From the NCBI RefSeq assembly GCF_000011465.1, contig NC_005072.1, positions 60,001 through 92,000 on the forward strand: 32,000 bases of DNA, in the 5' to 3' direction. Made by a program: the position numbers and the translations under genes. The stretch's first letter is position 1. The number at the start of each line of letters is the position of its first letter. Positions 28,020 to 32,000 of this stretch are shown in pieces. This stretch comes from Prochlorococcus marinus subsp. pastoris str. CCMP1986. Lineage in GTDB: Bacteria > Cyanobacteriota > Cyanobacteriia > PCC-6307 > Cyanobiaceae. Below the pieces are notes generated by a model. The model ran no database searches. It was not told the origin of the DNA and saw only the letters and a program-made list of their open reading frames with translations.

Positions 28020-29828
28020 ATGAATCTGATTTCTTTTTTTAGTAATAATTTAGATGCACTAATAACAGTATTAGTTTTATTTCTGTCATTAATTTTATTT
28101 ATAAAAAATACTATAGCCCCTGAATTAACTGGTTTATTATGCGTTGGAATATTTATTGTCACTGGAGTTCTAACCCCTGAAAAAGCCTTATCTGGATTTG
28201 GAAGCCCATCTTTAATCACTTTGATGGGTTTATTTGCAGTCTCATCTGCATTATTTAAAAGTGGTGCGTTAGACAGAGTAAGGGAGCTTATATCCTCTGA
28301 AAATATTAAAACGCCTAGAAAATTAATTTTACTTATAACTTTTTTAATAGCTCCAATATCTGGAATCGTTCCCAATACGCCAGTTGTAGCTTCCCTTTTG
28401 CCTTTAATTGAAGGCTGGTGTGAACGACGAAATATTTCACCTTCCAAAGTCCTTTTACCTTTATCTTTTGCAACTCTATTAGGAGGAACACTTACATTAT
28501 TAGGTAGCTCAGTAAATCTGCTAGTAAGTGATATTAGTCAGCAATTAGGCTATGGTTCTCTTGAATTATTTAGCTTGACTTCAATAGGGATTCCAGTTTG
28601 GTTAATAGGCACAACATATATGATCTTAGTCTCTGATGTTCTTTTGCCTGATAGAGGAAGAAATAAAGATTTTATTAAAAATGGTAATATGAATATCTAT
28701 TTTACAGAAGTTACCATTCCTTCTTCCTCCGAATTAGTTGGCCAATCAGTAAGAAATAGTAGATTACAAAGAAGATTTGATGTTGATGTTCTTGAGTTGC
28801 AAAGAAACGGAAAAGTAATATTACCTCCTCTTGCAGATCGCAAATTTGAGCCTGAAGATAGATTGATAGTACGTGTTACGAGGGCAGATTTATTGCGATT
28901 ACAACAAGAACATACAATTTTGTTAGCTGAAAACAAGAGATCTATTGTCGGAACAAATCTTCTCTCTAATGAAGAAGGTACTAAAACTTTCGAGGCTTTG
29001 CTCCCTTCAGGATCAACTTTAGCAGGAGCAAGCTTGAGAGAACTGAGATTTAGGCAACGCCATAATGCCACAGTTTTAGCCCTCAGAAGAGGACAACAAA
29101 CTGTTCAGGAAAGATTAGGTCAAGCCGTTTTAAGAGCAGGAGATGTTTTGTTACTTCAGGCACCTTTAGACTCAATAAGAGGTCTGCAAGCAAGTAACGA
29201 CTTATTAATTTTAGATCAATTTGAAGATGATTTACCATTTTTAATTAGAAAACCAATTGCAATTGCAATTGCAATTGGTATGGTTCTCTTGCCTGCTCTA
29301 ACTAATATTCCATTAGTAGGGTCAGTTCTTTTAGCAGTTATAGCGATGGTTGCTTTTGGATGTTTGCGTCCTGCAGAAATACAAAGGTCAATTAGGTTAG
29401 ATATTATTTTATTATTAGGTTCACTATCAAGCTTCAGTGTAGCTATGCAAGTCACTGGATTGGCAGATCTAATAGCCATAAATTTGGATTTTATCCTAAG
29501 TGGAATGCCACTTTATTTTGCTTTAATAGTAATTTTTATATCAACTGTAATACTAACTCAATTTATAAGTAACGCTGCTTCTGTCGCGCTGATATTGCCT
29601 GTAGCTATTCAGTTTTCAAGCGTTCTAGGGATCTCACCAAATGCCCTGATAATGCTTGTATTGTTCGGTGCAAGTCAATCATTCTTAACTCCAATGGGTT
29701 ATCAAACAAATTTAATGGTTTATGGACCTGGGAGATATAGATTTTTTGATATTGCAAAATATGGGGCGGGTTTAACACTTATAATGTCTTTGATTGTGCC
29801 TGCTTTGATAATTTTAAATTTTAAATAA
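28020..29828 (+). CDS. SLC13/DASS (Na+/sulfate or dicarboxylate) transporter with internal RCK_C (TrkA-C)-like domains
   Basis: SPSLITLMGLFAVSSALFKSGALDRV, PNTPVVASLLPLIEGW, ISNAASVALILPVAIQFS. Central soluble region with two RCK_C-like units (ELVGQSVRNSRLQRRFDVDVLELQRNG and STLAGASLRELRFRQRHNATVLALRRG). Start revised from 27975 to the ATG at 28020. Confidence 0.88.
   Translation: MNLISFFSNNLDALITVLVLFLSLILFIKNTIAPELTGLLCVGIFIVTGVLTPEKALSGFGSPSLITLMGLFAVSSALFKSGALDRVRELISSENIKTPRKLILLITFLIAPISGIVPNTPVVASLLPLIEGWCERRNISPSKVLLPLSFATLLGGTLTLLGSSVNLLVSDISQQLGYGSLELFSLTSIGIPVWLIGTTYMILVSDVLLPDRGRNKDFIKNGNMNIYFTEVTIPSSSELVGQSVRNSRLQRRFDVDVLELQRNGKVILPPLADRKFEPEDRLIVRVTRADLLRLQQEHTILLAENKRSIVGTNLLSNEEGTKTFEALLPSGSTLAGASLRELRFRQRHNATVLALRRGQQTVQERLGQAVLRAGDVLLLQAPLDSIRGLQASNDLLILDQFEDDLPFLIRKPIAIAIAIGMVLLPALTNIPLVGSVLLAVIAMVAFGCLRPAEIQRSIRLDIILLLGSLSSFSVAMQVTGLADLIAINLDFILSGMPLYFALIVIFISTVILTQFISNAASVALILPVAIQFSSVLGISPNALIMLVLFGASQSFLTPMGYQTNLMVYGPGRYRFFDIAKYGAGLTLIMSLIVPALIILNFK
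29253..29278. repeat. Perfect 26-bp palindrome built from a 6-bp repeat inside the SLC13 gene
   Basis: CCAATTGCAATTGCAATTGCAATTGG equals its own reverse complement and encodes the IAIAIAI segment of a transmembrane helix. Confidence 0.8.
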
Positions 29829-29837
29829 TTAAATAAA

Positions 29838-31241
29838 GTGAAAATAAAGAACGTTGTTTATAAATTAAAAGAAATATACAGAAAGTTATCTGTACCTCAA
29901 TTCACTATTGTCACAGGTTTAATTATTATTATTTTTGGAACCTTAATTTTAAGTTCCCCATTATGTTCTTCATCGGATGTGGGTTTGTGGGAAGCATTCT
30001 TTACGTCTACTTCTGCAATAACCGTTACTGGATTAACTATCATTGATGTAGGGGTTGATTTAAATATTTTTGGGCAAATTTTCTTAGCTTTAATGCTTTT
30101 ATCAGGTGGTTTAGGCTTAATGGCTATTACAACTTTCTTACAAGGATTTGTTGTGAAAGGGACTCAGCTTAGAACTAGATTGGATAAAGGCAAGACTCTT
30201 GACGAATTTGGGGTTGGTGGAATTGGTAGAACTTTTCAAAGCATCGCTATTACTGCCACTTCTATTATTTCTTTTGGTGCAATAGTATTGTATTTTTTCG
30301 GTTTTTTAGAAATTCAAAATAATTGGCAAAGATTATGGTCTGCAATTTTTCATAGCATTTCTGCATATAACAATGCAGGTTTTTCTTTATGGTCTAAAAG
30401 CCTTCAAGATTATCGATCTAATTTTGTTGTTAATGTTGTATTTATTTTTTTAATTGTGATGGGAGGACTTGGTTGGAGAGTTATTGACGATATATGGAGT
30501 AATAGAAAAAATCTTTCATATAAAAAATTAAGTCTTCATTCTAGATTAGTAATTAGGACAAGTTTTTCCTTAATAATTTTTGGATCATTAGGTTTTTTCA
30601 TAACAGAGACATTATTAAATAGTCAATTTTTTAGTGATCTAAATTTCTTTGAGAAAGTTTTATCATCTATTTTCGAGACTGTGAGTGCAAGAACAGCGGG
30701 ATTTACAAATTTTCCAATATCTTTAAACTCAATATCAGATACTGGTCTCTTGCTATTAATGACGTTGATGTTTATTGGAGCTAGCACCGGTGGTACTGGT
30801 GGTGGAATCAAAACTACAACTTTTATTGCCTTAATGGCAGCAACTAGATCAACGTTAAGGGGACAAAAAGATGTAATTATTAGTAATAGATTAATTTCAG
30901 ATAAGGTTATTTTGAAAGCAGTTGGAATAACTGTTGGCTCTTTACTTTTTGTTCTCTTGATGGCTATGTTATTAAGTACTACGAATACTTTTATTAAAAA
31001 AGAATCATTTACATTTCTAGAAATTCTTTTCACATGTATTTCTGCATTTGCAACTGTAGGTTTTGATATCGGTTTGACAGCAAAATTAAATCATTTTGGT
31101 CAATTTATTTTAATTATTGGTATGTTCGTGGGAAGACTTGGGATTCTTTTGCTTTTAAGTGCTCTGTGGCAGGCTCTATATAAGAGTAGAATAGAAAGAC
31201 AAAAAAGAATTGGCTATCCAAAAGCTGATCTTTATGTTTAG
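29838..31241 (+). CDS. ktrB: KtrB/TrkH-family cation (K+/Na+) transporter membrane subunit
   Basis: STSAITVTGLTIIDVG, SAYNNAGFSLW, TVSARTAGFTNF, IGASTGGTGGGIKTTTF selectivity and hinge regions. GTG start. Confidence 0.92.
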   Translation: MKIKNVVYKLKEIYRKLSVPQFTIVTGLIIIIFGTLILSSPLCSSSDVGLWEAFFTSTSAITVTGLTIIDVGVDLNIFGQIFLALMLLSGGLGLMAITTFLQGFVVKGTQLRTRLDKGKTLDEFGVGGIGRTFQSIAITATSIISFGAIVLYFFGFLEIQNNWQRLWSAIFHSISAYNNAGFSLWSKSLQDYRSNFVVNVVFIFLIVMGGLGWRVIDDIWSNRKNLSYKKLSLHSRLVIRTSFSLIIFGSLGFFITETLLNSQFFSDLNFFEKVLSSIFETVSARTAGFTNFPISLNSISDTGLLLLMTLMFIGASTGGTGGGIKTTTFIALMAATRSTLRGQKDVIISNRLISDKVILKAVGITVGSLLFVLLMAMLLSTTNTFIKKESFTFLEILFTCISAFATVGFDIGLTAKLNHFGQFILIIGMFVGRLGILLLLSALWQALYKSRIERQKRIGYPKADLYV

Positions 31242-31259
31242 CCTTTACAAATATTTATT

Positions 31260-31964
31260 ATGGCTGATTGGTGGCAATGGTCTCAACAAAAAGAAGAGCA
31301 AGCTCTAACTTTCGCAGTTGTAGGAGTTGGAAGATTTGGAACGGCTGTTTGTAGAGAACTTATAAGTAATGGCGTAGATGTTTTAGCTGCAGATGCTTCT
31401 GAGAAGGCTATTGATGATTTAAGACAATTAGAACCTTCTATTGAAGCCAGAGTAATAGATTGTACTGATGAGGAATCAATGAAGGAATCAGGTATCTTAG
31501 AGATGAATACAGTTGTAGTCGGTATTAGTGAGCCTATTGAAGCAAGTATTACCACTACTCTTATTGCTAAGGATAGTGAAGGAACAAAAGTAAAAAGAGT
31601 AATTGCAAGAGCTACGAGTGATTTGCATGAAAAGATGTTAAAAAGAGTAGGTGCTGATAAGGTCGTTTTCCCTTCTAGAATGCAAGGTGAAAGGTTAGGT
31701 TTAGAACTTGTTAGACCAAATCTAATTGAAAGATTAGAATTGGACAATCAAACTGGAATAGATGAATTAACAGTTCCAGAAGAATTTATTGGTAGATCTT
31801 TAAGAGATTTAAATTTAAGAAAAAATTATTTAGTTAACGTTCTTGCTGCTGGTCCTCCGGAACAATTAACAGTGAATCCTCCTGCAAAATATATTCTTGA
31901 GAGAGGAAATATTTTGGTAGTTATGGGGAAAACTTTAGATTTACAAAAATTACCTCAAAATTAA
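31260..31964 (+). CDS. ktrA: KtrA/TrkA-family regulatory subunit (RCK_N plus RCK_C)
   Basis: FAVVGVGRFGTAVCRELISNGVDVLAADASEKAIDDL, FPSRMQGERLG, C-terminal RCK_C domain FIGRSLRDLNLRKNYLVNVLAA. Confidence 0.93.
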   Translation: MADWWQWSQQKEEQALTFAVVGVGRFGTAVCRELISNGVDVLAADASEKAIDDLRQLEPSIEARVIDCTDEESMKESGILEMNTVVVGISEPIEASITTTLIAKDSEGTKVKRVIARATSDLHEKMLKRVGADKVVFPSRMQGERLGLELVRPNLIERLELDNQTGIDELTVPEEFIGRSLRDLNLRKNYLVNVLAAGPPEQLTVNPPAKYILERGNILVVMGKTLDLQKLPQN

Positions 31965-32000
31965 TTATTTATTCTCGGATTTTTTGGTATACCTAATCCT

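Noticed and set aside
27989-31747. Minus-strand ORFs at 27989-28447, 28697-29071, 29216-29479, 30623-31033 and 31283-31747
   Set aside because: Each lies antisense to SLC13, ktrB or ktrA, which have clear family motifs. Their composition is that of a reverse-complement shadow.
1-32000. Search for CRISPR arrays, transposases, integrases, phage genes, restriction-modification, toxin-antitoxin, retron or biosynthetic clusters
   Set aside because: None seen. No direct-repeat array, no terminal inverted repeats flanking genes, and every larger ORF is a housekeeping, photosynthesis or transport gene in compact order. The window looks like ordinary core genome.

Overview
This 32 kb AT-rich, tightly packed window looks like core chromosome from a high-light-adapted Prochlorococcus. 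That assignment rests on psbX, Ycf66 and Hli genes, the suf operon order and the low GC, read from memory of these families with no database search. I support 27 protein-coding genes and one tRNA-Leu. In order: smc (5' truncated at the window edge), a PRC-barrel protein, an LpxB-like glycosyltransferase, tRNA-Leu, accC, a YggT/Ycf19-like gene, psbX, ycf66, hli, an SbmA/ABCD-like ABC transporter, a small hypothetical gene, a HIT gene, def, an S9 peptidase, sufS-D-C-B, a 120-aa hypothetical gene, a DUF4912-like gene, a 56-aa membrane protein missing from the ORF track, pgm, rarA-like, a phosphopantetheinyl transferase, bcp, coaX, cysH, an NDH-2, an SLC13 transporter with RCK_C-like domains, ktrB and ktrA. 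Several ORF-track starts are over-extended. I found no mobile element, CRISPR array, phage, defence cassette or convincing undescribed system. The points most worth a second look are: the long leader of the DUF4912-like gene, with an inverted repeat bracketing its GTG start; the untracked 56-aa membrane protein; an AAG anticodon in the tRNA-Leu; an uncharacterised 120-aa gene divergent from sufB; an hli gene at the tail of an ABC transporter gene string; and the NDH-2/SLC13/KtrAB cluster next to cysH.
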